Source: a virus
Lineage: Duplodnaviria; Caudoviricetes
Strand: one strand, 5' to 3'
Length of the DNA: 64,000 nucleotides
Virus record (IMG/VR): IMGVR_UViG_3300045413_000192
Coordinates: 1,077 to 65,076 of that record
Shown here: positions 27,612-35,806 of the stretch, one piece after another
How the letters are laid out: every line of letters starts with the position of its first letter
How positions within the stretch are numbered: position 1 is the stretch's first letter
Translations under genes and position numbers: made by a program
The notes under the pieces: generated by a model
What the model saw: the letters and a program-made list of their open reading frames with translations, nothing else
What the model was told of the DNA's origin: nothing
The model's database searches: none

Positions 27612-28268
27612 TTATTTATCAACAGTTTTACCGGGAGACACATTTGTCTCCACTTCATTGTCATCAGCAGTTTCTTCTCCTTGAGAAACCTCTGCTTGTA
27701 CTTGTTCTTTTTTAATTAAACCTTGACGATCTAACAACTGCGCAATCGAAGGCTTATCTTCAAACTCATTTTCAGCTCGTTTTTCAGCCATTGCCATTAA
27801 ATAACCGTTGGGGTCAGGGTTGCGAAGACGTGGCATTGGATTTTTAGCGGCCTTGCCAGGATTCATGGTAGGGCTAATCTTATACGCTTCAATCCATTCA
27901 GGATTAAAATCAGGTTGGTTTTGTGGGCGTTGAGTTGTACGTGCGCGCCCTTCATTAAAATCGTAATCTTCTGGACGATTAAAACGACCAAGTCCCTCAA
28001 AAACTTGAAAGTTGGTTCCCGAATCTTCGTCGTCAAAAAAGGGAGTATTACCTACAAAATTAAGATCTGGATTAAGTGTAACCTTGCGGGTCATTGAGCG
28101 CTTTAAAAGATCGCGTTCATTAAACCGGGATGGATTCCAGGGATATTCACCGGTCTCGGGTTTAGCACGAAACAAATCATCAAAATCTAACCGTTTGCCA
28201 ATTTCACCACGGCGATTAAACGGATTTTGAATATAGCGGCCGAGATCAAGCCTGGCGTCTTTAGCCAT
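27612..28268 (-). CDS. Hypothetical protein
   Basis: Coupled ORF, P/R/D/F-rich. Confidence 0.65.
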   Translation of the reverse strand: MAKDARLDLGRYIQNPFNRRGEIGKRLDFDDLFRAKPETGEYPWNPSRFNERDLLKRSMTRKVTLNPDLNFVGNTPFFDDEDSGTNFQVFEGLGRFNRPEDYDFNEGRARTTQRPQNQPDFNPEWIEAYKISPTMNPGKAAKNPMPRLRNPDPNGYLMAMAEKRAENEFEDKPSIAQLLDRQGLIKKEQVQAEVSQGEETADDNEVETNVSPGKTVDK

Positions 28269-28489
28269 TAACCCTCAGACTTTTCTTTCTTTTTCTTTTT
28301 TAATCCTACCAGTGTTTGACGAAGCCGCGCTTGCTTCACCGTTTTCTCGTCATACTTATCTGGATTGGCCAGGACATTTTCTTGAAGTTGAGCAGTAGTA
28401 ATGCCTTTCTTCTTAGCTTTAGCAGTAAAGGCGCCCTCTTTCATATCCATGCCCTGGATCCACTTCTTATCTTTCTTTTTTTCAGCCAT
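28268..28489 (-). CDS. Small basic protein
   Basis: KKWIQGMDMKEGAFTAKAKK...KQARLRQTL, a phage basic-protein type. Confidence 0.7.
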   Translation of the reverse strand: MAEKKKDKKWIQGMDMKEGAFTAKAKKKGITTAQLQENVLANPDKYDEKTVKQARLRQTLVGLKKKKKEKSEG

Positions 28490-28491
28490 GA

Positions 28492-31400
28492 TTAACGACG
28501 GCGACGTTTAGCTGCACGACGACCGGCTTGTGCCATCAATCGATTCATTTGATTGGAAAGCATTTGATCGTCAATTGTAAATTTCTCTGTTGTTCCGGGT
28601 GGCTCTACTCTAGCACGTTGGGCTTGACGAGCTGTTAATTCCATGTCAACATCAAGAGGTACCTGGGGACCTTGCAATACACTTTCAATATCACTGCCAA
28701 TGGTTTCATTAAAGTCATATTCAGCAATAGTTTGTGCAATTTCTTCCGCAGGAGAAGGACGATCCATCGCCTGAAGAGCGCGTCTACCCTGAGACATAAC
28801 GGGACCAACGCGCGCTTGCTCTCTAGAACCACGGAGAAAAGTTGCTGCCTGCCTACTTAACTCTGCTGGATCAGCTCCAAGTTGATTAGAAAGGTCCAAA
28901 ACAGCTTGATTAAAAGCTGCAATACGCATTGGTTTTCCTGATGTCTGCGTGTAATCAAGAACAAATGCAGCAAGACGTTTGCCGCCAATAACTTCTGGGG
29001 TCAAGGCAAGCGTCATGGTTCGTCCAGTATCCTTGAGCTGCGTTACAGAACGCATCTCAACACTAGACGGATCTTGCATCTCGGTAAATACAACCTTCTG
29101 AACAGGTAAATTAGTTAGCTGAATACCACTAGGAACATTCCGACGTGGACGTTCAGACTGCCTTGCGCCAAGTCCGTAACGTTCTCCTAGACCAAAATCT
29201 TTTTCTGGTTCCTGCATCCGTATACGTGACTTTTCAGAGGTTTGCGTCAGGGTGTTTGCAACTGTTAAGGCTTCACGCAGCACAGGATTTTTACTTGGGC
29301 CACCCATGAACTCAAAGCCTTTTTCTCGACCCAAATAAATAGCGTCATCAATAACTTTGATGCGTTGCCCCGTAATTTCCTCTAAAGCGTTATTAACACC
29401 TTGCAGGAAAAGATAATTATTCTTTGCCGTCAAACGAGTATCAGACGGATTAAGAGTAGTAGGTGCTACAGCTAATTCTGTATCGCCAAAACCAAGAATT
29501 TGAGCACGTATCTCTCCTGTTTCTTTGTCGACATACGTTTTGTTTTCGGGAACCAAATAACGAGTTTGTTTAAAATACTTGGCACCCTCTTGTCCCTGCT
29601 CGTCAATTAAAGTATGTTCTTGAAGGAGGGGTTGCCCGCGCATTGGCATACCTTTGGAATCACGTACAATTGGAAATAAGAGTTGATTGCGAATTGCTTG
29701 AGAAAGAGTTACATTAGAAACAATAGTCTCTCCCCTGGAATTACGGCGAACAACCTGATCAACCACAAAGTTTGGGTTTAATGCAGTCTTAACAAGTTTG
29801 TTACCACGAACAGTAACTTGTACTTCAAGATTTTCACCTTTTTCCAAGGCGGCAATTCGAGATTCTGCTCCTGTAATTAATTTTGCATTGACGTTATTTG
29901 CAAGTCGATTATAAGTATTTGTTGCTTCGTATACAGATGTAAAGTTTTGCCCTGTTGCAGGATTGGCAAACAAAAAATTACTATAGTTTGGATCAGCACT
30001 TAAATACGTTTCTAAACCGGGATTTGCCTTCAGCATTAGTGCATCCACGACAAGATAAGGAGTGTTGTTGCGAGAAAGCTTTACGTTACCTTTTTCCAAG
30101 GCATCGTAAGGATCACGGAACAAAGGCCGTGGTTGCACACTTAAATCAACATCGTCTCTTCCACGGGCACGCTCAAGCATGCCTTCGATTTCCGCGTTTG
30201 TTTCTGTTGGTTTTAAACCAAGTTCTTTTCTGCGTTGTCTAATTGCTTTCCAGTCTTTAGAAGAAATTTGCCCACTTCCAATAGAACCAAGTTCTTTAAG
30301 GCCACCAATGGCATATCCAACTCCTTGAGATTTATTAACATTTTCAGGGCCAGAGGCGTTAACACCAGGTAAGTTAACAAAACCAGCCACATCTTCACGT
30401 GGCACAAAAGCAACTGCTTGACCAATCTCAGCACCAATGCCTGTACCAGCAACAGCTTCACTAGATTGCGTCGCACCGATATCCGATTTTCTAATTAAAG
30501 TTTTAGTATCAGGATCAAAGAAAAGAGGTTCCAAATCGCTACGTGTTCTACGACTAGAAGTTCTGGGTCCCGAAACCAAAACAAGTTCTTCTCCTCCCTT
30601 TTTAGAAATTGAAACAAGTTGTGTGGGCATTGATTCAGTGCCCGTATAACCAAAGCCTTTGGTGCTTGGCGGTTGATACTCGCCAGCTATGCCACCACTA
30701 ATAAGATAACGTTTAATTGAATCAGCGTCATCAAATTTGAGTAAGTTTTCTTTAACGTGTTGAGTAGCAACACGATGAATGTCTGGATCAATTTCAATAT
30801 CGTTAAAATTACCTGTACTTAACGCACGTACAGTAGAAGAGGAAGACATGCCTTCTATTAGCATATTGGCAAGTTGCCCAGGAAAAACTTTTTCATCTCC
30901 CAGGTTTTTAGCAAGTATTTCTTTATTTAAAAGGCCAGACTCATCAAATAAAATTTCTTTCCATTCTTGAGTGATAGGTGAAGGCGATTGCTTTTGTTTA
31001 CGTTGTTTTGCTTCTCTAAGTTTTTGCGCGGCAAGTTCGCCCGCAGCGGCACTAACTTCCCCCTCTGGAACCATGCTGAAACCTTCTGGTAGCGGCGCAT
31101 CAGTTTCCGCTAGGCCCAGGGTGGCTCTTGCTTGGTTTAAAGCAAGTTGACGACGGGTCTTATTCCGGTTTAATTTGGCAACCATTGAGTCGCCAACAGG
31201 AAGCACGGAGCCAGCCGCATCTGTTAGGGGAGAAGCTTCTCTTTCAAAAACAATCGGCAAACTAACAGGCGATGTTTTACCAGTACGCGTAGTGTCAGTA
31301 TCACGCTGCATTTCGCGCAGTTGACGACCAGTAAATTGATCTTCTCCTGATTCAACCGCGTTAATCTGTTGGTTTGCAACAACAGGTGTATTATTTATTT

Positions 31401-32109
31401 GAATTGTAGTTAAATCTTCAGATGGTGCAACAGCGCCAGTTGATTCAACGTACGACCTAGGCGAAAAGCCCTCCGCTTCTTTTTCACGGCGCGACTGAGC
31501 AAGAAAATTTTTAGCGCCTGCTTTTTCTTTGCCTTCAATACCTTGAACAACCCTGGTTTGAAATTTATTTTCTTTATCAATTTCCCGCTGTTCTTCTAAA
31601 ATCTCATTTAATAACTCACCTGCTTTTACTTCAGCGATAATTTCTTGCTCAATACCGGTTAATTCAGCAAAAGAACCAGGCTGACGGCGCGGCAGTGGCG
31701 AAGTTTGTCCTGTAAGCGGTTGACGCAAAACTGCCGGCTCCTGTGGAGTCGGTAAATCACGTACCAAACTGCCAACCGCACCAAAATCTTGAGTTTGCGC
31801 GGCAGTTTGAGCCCTTGCTACCGTTTCGGGAAGAATTGTTTCTACCTTAGGTGCGGCAACTGAAGGTTTGGCACGTAAACCACGACGTGCCGCAAGAGTT
31901 GCTAAACCTGCACCAACGAGTGTGGCTCCTACTGCCAGTGCACTGCCAAAGTCAAACCCCTCATTTTCTTTTGGCGCAGCGTTTCGAAGTTGACCACGGC
32001 GAAATGCCACGACTTCTGGAGCAAGTTTTGCACGTTCTTCCGGATCATCAGGAAGCTGCGTTCCAGTGGCACGGCTATAAGCGTAGAAATCAGCCGGAGA
32101 AATCGCCAT
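28492..32109 (-). CDS. Large hypothetical protein (1205 aa), probably virion internal
   Basis: First gene of the late arm, with a single hydrophobic segment near the N-terminus. Confidence 0.7.
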   Translation of the reverse strand: MAISPADFYAYSRATGTQLPDDPEERAKLAPEVVAFRRGQLRNAAPKENEGFDFGSALAVGATLVGAGLATLAARRGLRAKPSVAAPKVETILPETVARAQTAAQTQDFGAVGSLVRDLPTPQEPAVLRQPLTGQTSPLPRRQPGSFAELTGIEQEIIAEVKAGELLNEILEEQREIDKENKFQTRVVQGIEGKEKAGAKNFLAQSRREKEAEGFSPRSYVESTGAVAPSEDLTTIQINNTPVVANQQINAVESGEDQFTGRQLREMQRDTDTTRTGKTSPVSLPIVFEREASPLTDAAGSVLPVGDSMVAKLNRNKTRRQLALNQARATLGLAETDAPLPEGFSMVPEGEVSAAAGELAAQKLREAKQRKQKQSPSPITQEWKEILFDESGLLNKEILAKNLGDEKVFPGQLANMLIEGMSSSSTVRALSTGNFNDIEIDPDIHRVATQHVKENLLKFDDADSIKRYLISGGIAGEYQPPSTKGFGYTGTESMPTQLVSISKKGGEELVLVSGPRTSSRRTRSDLEPLFFDPDTKTLIRKSDIGATQSSEAVAGTGIGAEIGQAVAFVPREDVAGFVNLPGVNASGPENVNKSQGVGYAIGGLKELGSIGSGQISSKDWKAIRQRRKELGLKPTETNAEIEGMLERARGRDDVDLSVQPRPLFRDPYDALEKGNVKLSRNNTPYLVVDALMLKANPGLETYLSADPNYSNFLFANPATGQNFTSVYEATNTYNRLANNVNAKLITGAESRIAALEKGENLEVQVTVRGNKLVKTALNPNFVVDQVVRRNSRGETIVSNVTLSQAIRNQLLFPIVRDSKGMPMRGQPLLQEHTLIDEQGQEGAKYFKQTRYLVPENKTYVDKETGEIRAQILGFGDTELAVAPTTLNPSDTRLTAKNNYLFLQGVNNALEEITGQRIKVIDDAIYLGREKGFEFMGGPSKNPVLREALTVANTLTQTSEKSRIRMQEPEKDFGLGERYGLGARQSERPRRNVPSGIQLTNLPVQKVVFTEMQDPSSVEMRSVTQLKDTGRTMTLALTPEVIGGKRLAAFVLDYTQTSGKPMRIAAFNQAVLDLSNQLGADPAELSRQAATFLRGSREQARVGPVMSQGRRALQAMDRPSPAEEIAQTIAEYDFNETIGSDIESVLQGPQVPLDVDMELTARQAQRARVEPPGTTEKFTIDDQMLSNQMNRLMAQAGRRAAKRRRR

Positions 32110-32210
32110 TTGAGGTTATTGACATTATTTTTATCTGTCAACATTCTATTGTTGAAAAATCTTAGAAGTAAAGGCGTTATAGTTGAGAAATAAATCAATT
32201 TGAACCAGGG

Positions 32211-32423
32211 ATGGATGCCGGTACGCGCCAAAAACGGGTCGAAGCACTTGAGGCAATTAAAAATAAAGCCGTTGACATGGCTAAAGAAGGGCGGGATTCT
32301 TTAGAAGTACGCGATTTTGTAACTTCAGCTAAAAAAGAATTGGCTTATGAGTTGCCTGATCAAGAAGCTTTTAACAAAGCAATGAATGCAACGCTCGCAT
32401 ACAAGGCAAAGAAAGGAAAATAA
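32211..32423 (+). CDS. Hypothetical helical protein
   Basis: 70-aa ORF followed by a terminator. Confidence 0.65.
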   Translation: MDAGTRQKRVEALEAIKNKAVDMAKEGRDSLEVRDFVTSAKKELAYELPDQEAFNKAMNATLAYKAKKGK

Positions 32424-32448
32424 TAAATTTTTCTAATCACAGATGACA

Positions 32449-32474
32449 CCGGGGAGAAAGACCCCGGCTTTTTT
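32449..32474 (+). terminator. Rho-independent terminator
   Basis: CCGGGG-agaaaga-CCCCGG followed by CTTTTTT. Confidence 0.8.
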
Positions 32475-32649
32475 GTGTAAAAACTTGGGGAAAGTATTTG
32501 AATTTACTACATTATTGCACTTTTACTTTAACAAAAGCGCCTTTATAAGGCCAAATAGGGTACAAAATTACCTGACGCTTCCACTATTACCCGTCTGATT
32601 GCGATTATGGGGAGAAAAAAAATAATAGGGGTGTAGGTACGTGAAGTAT

Positions 32650-32690
32650 CGGGGGCTGCGCATCCGTACCACGCAGAGTTCCATTGCATT
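32650..32690 (+). ncRNA. Leader pseudoknot family P-I, copy 1 (copy 2 at 33244-33285)
   Basis: GGGGGCTGCGCATCC-N-ACGCAGAGTTCCATTGCATT repeated at an identical distance from the ATG. Confidence 0.55.
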
Positions 32691-32697
32691 CAGTTCA

Positions 32698-32904
32698 ATG
32701 TTTACTGTGACTTTCCTTGATTATGGTTGTCCTGACTTTGGAGGGCAAGAGTATTACGAAGACGAGAAGTTGTTTTCTAACTGGCAACAAGCCCAGGAGT
32801 TTATCAACAGCCTTGAAGATTATGAATTCATAGCAGCTGCATATCACTTCAGCTGTAATGCCTGTTACGGTTTGTTTTGCTTTGAAGACGAGATTCCATT
32901 CTGA
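32698..32904 (+). CDS. Small acidic early protein ending EDEIPF
   Basis: ATG 32698 follows the leader element. Its TGA stop lies inside the following tRNA-like element. Confidence 0.65.
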   Translation: MFTVTFLDYGCPDFGGQEYYEDEKLFSNWQQAQEFINSLEDYEFIAAAYHFSCNACYGLFCFEDEIPF

Positions 32905-32944
32905 GTAACAGGCGTGATGCCGGGGGATCGAATCCCCCACTCAG
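32901..32944 (+). ncRNA. tRNA-mimic element type A, copy 1
   Basis: CTGAGT/ACTCAG stem stacked on GGGGG-ATCGAAT-CCCCC, plus a GGC-GTGAT-GCC side hairpin. Confidence 0.7.
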
Positions 32945-32947
32945 TAT

Positions 32948-32974
32948 TGCCCACTGTGGAGATGGGCACCACAC
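32948..32974 (+). ncRNA. TGCC pseudoknot family P-II (other copies 34055-34080, 34441-34467, 34725-34751)
   Basis: TGCCY/RGGCA stem whose loop GYGG pairs with downstream CCRC. Covaries across copies. Confidence 0.65.
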
Positions 32975-32992
32975 TACGTTCAATTCAATTCA

Positions 32993-33154
32993 ATGGAAGA
33001 ATTACTTCGTCAAATTGAAGTTGCTGAGCGTGAAGCCGATGAAGCAGTCGGTGATCTTGATCGACACAATGCTGAACGTAAAGTTCAATGGCTTCACTTC
33101 TGTCTCGAGACATATAAGCAACGTCACTACTTTGGTGATTTATTTGCTGAGTAA
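32993..33154 (+). CDS. Small early protein (53 aa)
   Basis: MEELLRQIEVAEREADEAVGDLDRHNAERKVQWLHFCLETYKQRHYFGDLFAE*. Its TAA stop lies inside the tRNA-like element. Confidence 0.65.
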   Translation: MEELLRQIEVAEREADEAVGDLDRHNAERKVQWLHFCLETYKQRHYFGDLFAE

Positions 33155-33190
33155 CAGGCGTGATGCCGGGGGATCGAATCCCCCACTCAG
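33147..33190 (+). ncRNA. tRNA-mimic element type A, copy 2
   Basis: Identical 44-nt copy of 32901-32944. Confidence 0.7.
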
Positions 33191-33292
33191 TGCCAGGTGC
33201 AATGCCTGGCTATTGTGGTTGCAATTATAGATTAGTTGTGATATAGGGGGCTGCGCATCCTAACAACGCAGAGTTCCATTGCATTTTGTACC

Positions 33293-33529
33293 ATGACTGA
33301 CCGCATCGAGCGTTTTGAGCAAGCAGCGAACATGCTGGTTGCAGGCAAGAAGGTATCTGTTGCCGTTAAGGAGTTACCGCAAGGTAACGTGCAAGCTTGG
33401 CTTGCCGAGTTGAAAGGTTACGTCATTTTTGGACACACAGATCCAGGTGATGAAGTTACCTATCGAGTGTACGTTACTGTCAAGGAAGGCAAAGCAGTTG
33501 CTTCGGCAAAGCTTGTCTACGTTGATTGA
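33293..33529 (+). CDS. Small early protein
   Basis: ATG follows P-I copy 2. Confidence 0.65.
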   Translation: MTDRIERFEQAANMLVAGKKVSVAVKELPQGNVQAWLAELKGYVIFGHTDPGDEVTYRVYVTVKEGKAVASAKLVYVD

Positions 33530-33662
33530 CGATTGTACTTTCCCCTGGGCAACCAGGGGTTCCTACAGCCCTCAAATAGTTTGATGCTCCGTATCGCGCC
33601 TTAAATTGGGTCAAGCTCCCCGCTACAACAGCGGTCAAGAGAAGACTGTGTCCTGTGATACT

Positions 33663-33687
33663 CGTCAAGCTGGACGTTAAACGCAGC
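33663..33687 (+). ncRNA. CGTC pseudoknot family P-III (other copies 37110-37136, 39874-39900, 48076-48102, 48989-49015, 52247-52275)
   Basis: YGTC-NN-S2-(T)-GACR-YTAAAC-S2'. Both stems covary across copies. Confidence 0.7.
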
Positions 33688-33764
33688 AGGCAACTTAGGT
33701 GATAGGTCACCAGGTGTTCTTGGCATCCACACTTCAGTAGCGTTTGTTTTCTGACAACTGACTC

Positions 33765-33811
33765 TTGCACTGAGGGGCTTCGGCCCTTCTCTGCAGGACT
33801 CAACATCCTGC
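33765..33811 (+). ncRNA. Bistable TGCA switch element (other copies 34000-34052, 34988-35040, 35315-35387, 35877-35949)
   Basis: The TGCAGNN strand can pair with either an upstream or a downstream complementary strand. All three strands covary. Confidence 0.65.
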
Positions 33812-33830
33812 TCACATTTTATTTGACACC

Positions 33831-33998
33831 ATGACTGCACTAAACATTCGGAAGAACATGGGTGAACTTGTCCAGTTAGTTGGACAAATCATACCATCCA
33901 ACATGAAAGATAAGCTGCACGACAAAGTATTTGAATACCGTATTCGTGCAGCTGCTTTACTAATGCCTAAAGGATCAAGCATTCATATCGAAGGCTGA
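33831..33998 (+). CDS. Small early protein (55 aa)
   Basis: MTALNIRKNMGELVQ...KGSSIHIEG*, flanked by two switch elements. Confidence 0.6.
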   Translation: MTALNIRKNMGELVQLVGQIIPSNMKDKLHDKVFEYRIRAAALLMPKGSSIHIEG

Positions 33999-34054
33999 TT
34001 CCTGCATCAAGCCCTGTCATTGCACAGGGTTTCTTGCAGGATTTATTCCTGCGC
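33991..34054 (+). repeat. 64-nt exact direct repeat (second copy 34979-35042)
   Basis: AAGGCTGATTCCTGCATCAAGCCCTGTCATTGCACAGGGTTTCTTGCAGGATTTATTCCTGCGC occurs twice. Confidence 0.9.
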
Positions 34055-34094
34055 GCCTCCAGCGGAGATAGGCACCGCACACATGGAGGGATCC

Positions 34095-34397
34095 ATGCAA
34101 GTCCACGTTCTCAGGCAGTATCACCCTGATTACTGCATTGATGACAAAGCTATTGCTTACTACGCCTCTAGGCGTAAAGCAGAAGCTAAGGCTGTAGAGT
34201 TATCAACTCGGCAAGCCAAGGAAGAAGAACTGGATTGGATTGCCAATCCTTGCGAATGCGGCGAACGCGATTGTTATCTCCGTGACAAGTTCTTTTACAA
34301 ATGGTCGGTGGAAAATCTTGATCTTGTTGAGCTTTCTATGCGGGAGCTTATGAAGATTGAGTTGGCTGATGCCGACGAAAATGAGTTCAGCAGCTGA
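34095..34397 (+). CDS. Early hypothetical protein
   Basis: GGAGG SD before ATG 34095. Contains a CECGERDC cysteine cluster. Confidence 0.65.
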   Translation: MQVHVLRQYHPDYCIDDKAIAYYASRRKAEAKAVELSTRQAKEEELDWIANPCECGERDCYLRDKFFYKWSVENLDLVELSMRELMKIELADADENEFSS

Positions 34398-34438
34398 TCC
34401 GTCAAAGCGGGTCCGGAGGTGCAAACCCTCCGGCAGTT
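34392..34438 (+). ncRNA. tRNA-mimic element type B, copy 1 (copy 2 at 34676-34722)
   Basis: ARCTG/CAGTT stem, CCGT-CAAA-GCGG hairpin and a 7-bp stem with TGCAAAC loop. The stem covaries between copies. Confidence 0.65.
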
Positions 34439-34483
34439 ATTGCCTCCAGCGGAGATAGGCACCGCACTGCCGTTGTTAGAAAC

Positions 34484-34681
34484 ATGGATTGCAATTATGC
34501 AATACCTGCAACCTATTGCGGAGATCGTTTAGTTCCGATTGAAACAGTGCAAGCTGTTATTGCGGAGCTTTATCAAATGGCACTGTCTTTTACTTCTGAT
34601 GAAGGGCCTCCAGGGCCAGAAGAACTTGGTCAAGCTGTTGTGTGGCTTGATGAGCATTGCGCTCTTCGCATGAAAAACTGA
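34484..34681 (+). CDS. Small early protein
   Basis: Flanked by RNA modules. Confidence 0.6.
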   Translation: MDCNYAIPATYCGDRLVPIETVQAVIAELYQMALSFTSDEGPPGPEELGQAVVWLDEHCALRMKN

Positions 34682-34765
34682 TCCGTCAAAGCGGGTGGAC
34701 AGATGCAAACCCTGTCCCAGTTATTGCCTCCAGCGGAGATGGGCACCGCACAACAGGAGATTCCT

Positions 34766-34942
34766 ATGAAAATCCAAATTGAACAAGACATCACTGGAAC
34801 TGGAACTTATATCTGGGGACTGGAGGATGGCCCAGAACATATTGATAAGTTCTCTGGATTTGCCGATACTCTTGGTGAATGTTTTGAAAAGATCATCCGT
34901 CATCAAACTATAAATGCTATGGGATATGTGACAAGCACATGA
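34766..34942 (+). CDS. Small early protein
   Basis: CAGGAG SD before ATG 34766. Confidence 0.6.
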   Translation: MKIQIEQDITGTGTYIWGLEDGPEHIDKFSGFADTLGECFEKIIRHQTINAMGYVTST

Positions 34943-35070
34943 ACTTGCACTTGATTGGAAAAGGCAAGTTGATTATCAAAGGCTGATTCCTGCATCAAGC
35001 CCTGTCATTGCACAGGGTTTCTTGCAGGATTTATTCCTGCGCTACACCACACGACACCAACTGGATTCCC

Positions 35071-35313
35071 ATGACTCCTAAAGTTGTTGAACGTTTATTG
35101 ACACAGGACGCTCGCTTGCTTGCCAGGAGAGATTCCCCTGTCATTGACCAAGACATTGAGTGCGACCGTCAGGCTGCACTTGATTTGTTCTTTGCTTGGC
35201 AAGATGGACTGGCTGAGTTCCAAGAACTTATGCCGTTCGTCGCCATTCTTCAACGCAAAGTTGATCTCAACCGTGCGTTGTTGAAGTATGAGCAAGAACA
35301 ACTCTTGGCCTGA
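35071..35313 (+). CDS. Small early protein
   Basis: MTPKVVERLL..., after a switch element. Confidence 0.6.
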   Translation: MTPKVVERLLTQDARLLARRDSPVIDQDIECDRQAALDLFFAWQDGLAEFQELMPFVAILQRKVDLNRALLKYEQEQLLA

Positions 35314-35410
35314 CTTCTGCACTCAACCCTTCCGTCATGGTACGTATGTACTACGACGGTGGGTTTTCTGCAGGACTCACCTCCTGCTAGTCCCTTACTT
35401 CTCATTTATC

Positions 35411-35806
35411 ATGACCAACGCTAACGCTAAAAAGCTGGCTGATTTCCAGCAAATTACTGTCCATGGCCGCATTACATACATGGAGGTGGTTGATTACCAG
35501 CAACAGCAGTTTCTATCTGTTGTCTTGGCACACACCGTATCTGAAAATACAGATGTACGTGTGAAGTTTACCAACTCCAATGGTTTGCTTACGGCTTATG
35601 GCAACGGTAATCTTGTTGTTGGTCAGGAGCTTACGGTCAGCGGCAGTATCAAGGGCATCCGTAGCTTCTACATGAAGGAGGATGAGCTTGTGCCGCTAAA
35701 GTATCCTGAGCTACAGCTTCGTTGCACTGGCTACATCTTTGGTTCAAAACCTCAGGTTAAATCTGAGGTTGCCGTTGAACCCACACTGGAAGAGATTCCG
35801 TTCTGA
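35411..35806 (+). CDS. OB-fold SSB-like protein
   Basis: FQQITVHGRI...LVVGQELTVSGSI, with acidic tail LEEIPF. Confidence 0.65.
   Translation: MTNANAKKLADFQQITVHGRITYMEVVDYQQQQFLSVVLAHTVSENTDVRVKFTNSNGLLTAYGNGNLVVGQELTVSGSIKGIRSFYMKEDELVPLKYPELQLRCTGYIFGSKPQVKSEVAVEPTLEEIPF

Noticed and set aside
28492-32109. Tape measure protein
   Set aside because: Lacks the periodic aromatic/Ala helical repeats and the upstream chaperone frameshift pair.
32901-33190. Type A elements as true tRNA genes or attP fragments
   Set aside because: They have no anticodon arm and no CCA, their self-contained 5'/3' pairing is unlike an att half-tRNA, and no active integrase is nearby.
34596-34625. Hammerhead ribozyme (CTGATGA)
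   Set aside because: It lies inside a coding region, with no GAAA core or closing stems.
34020-35070. Two ORFs starting with identical MHRVSCRIYSCA
   Set aside because: Artefact of the 64-nt non-coding repeat. The real starts are downstream (34095 and 35071).
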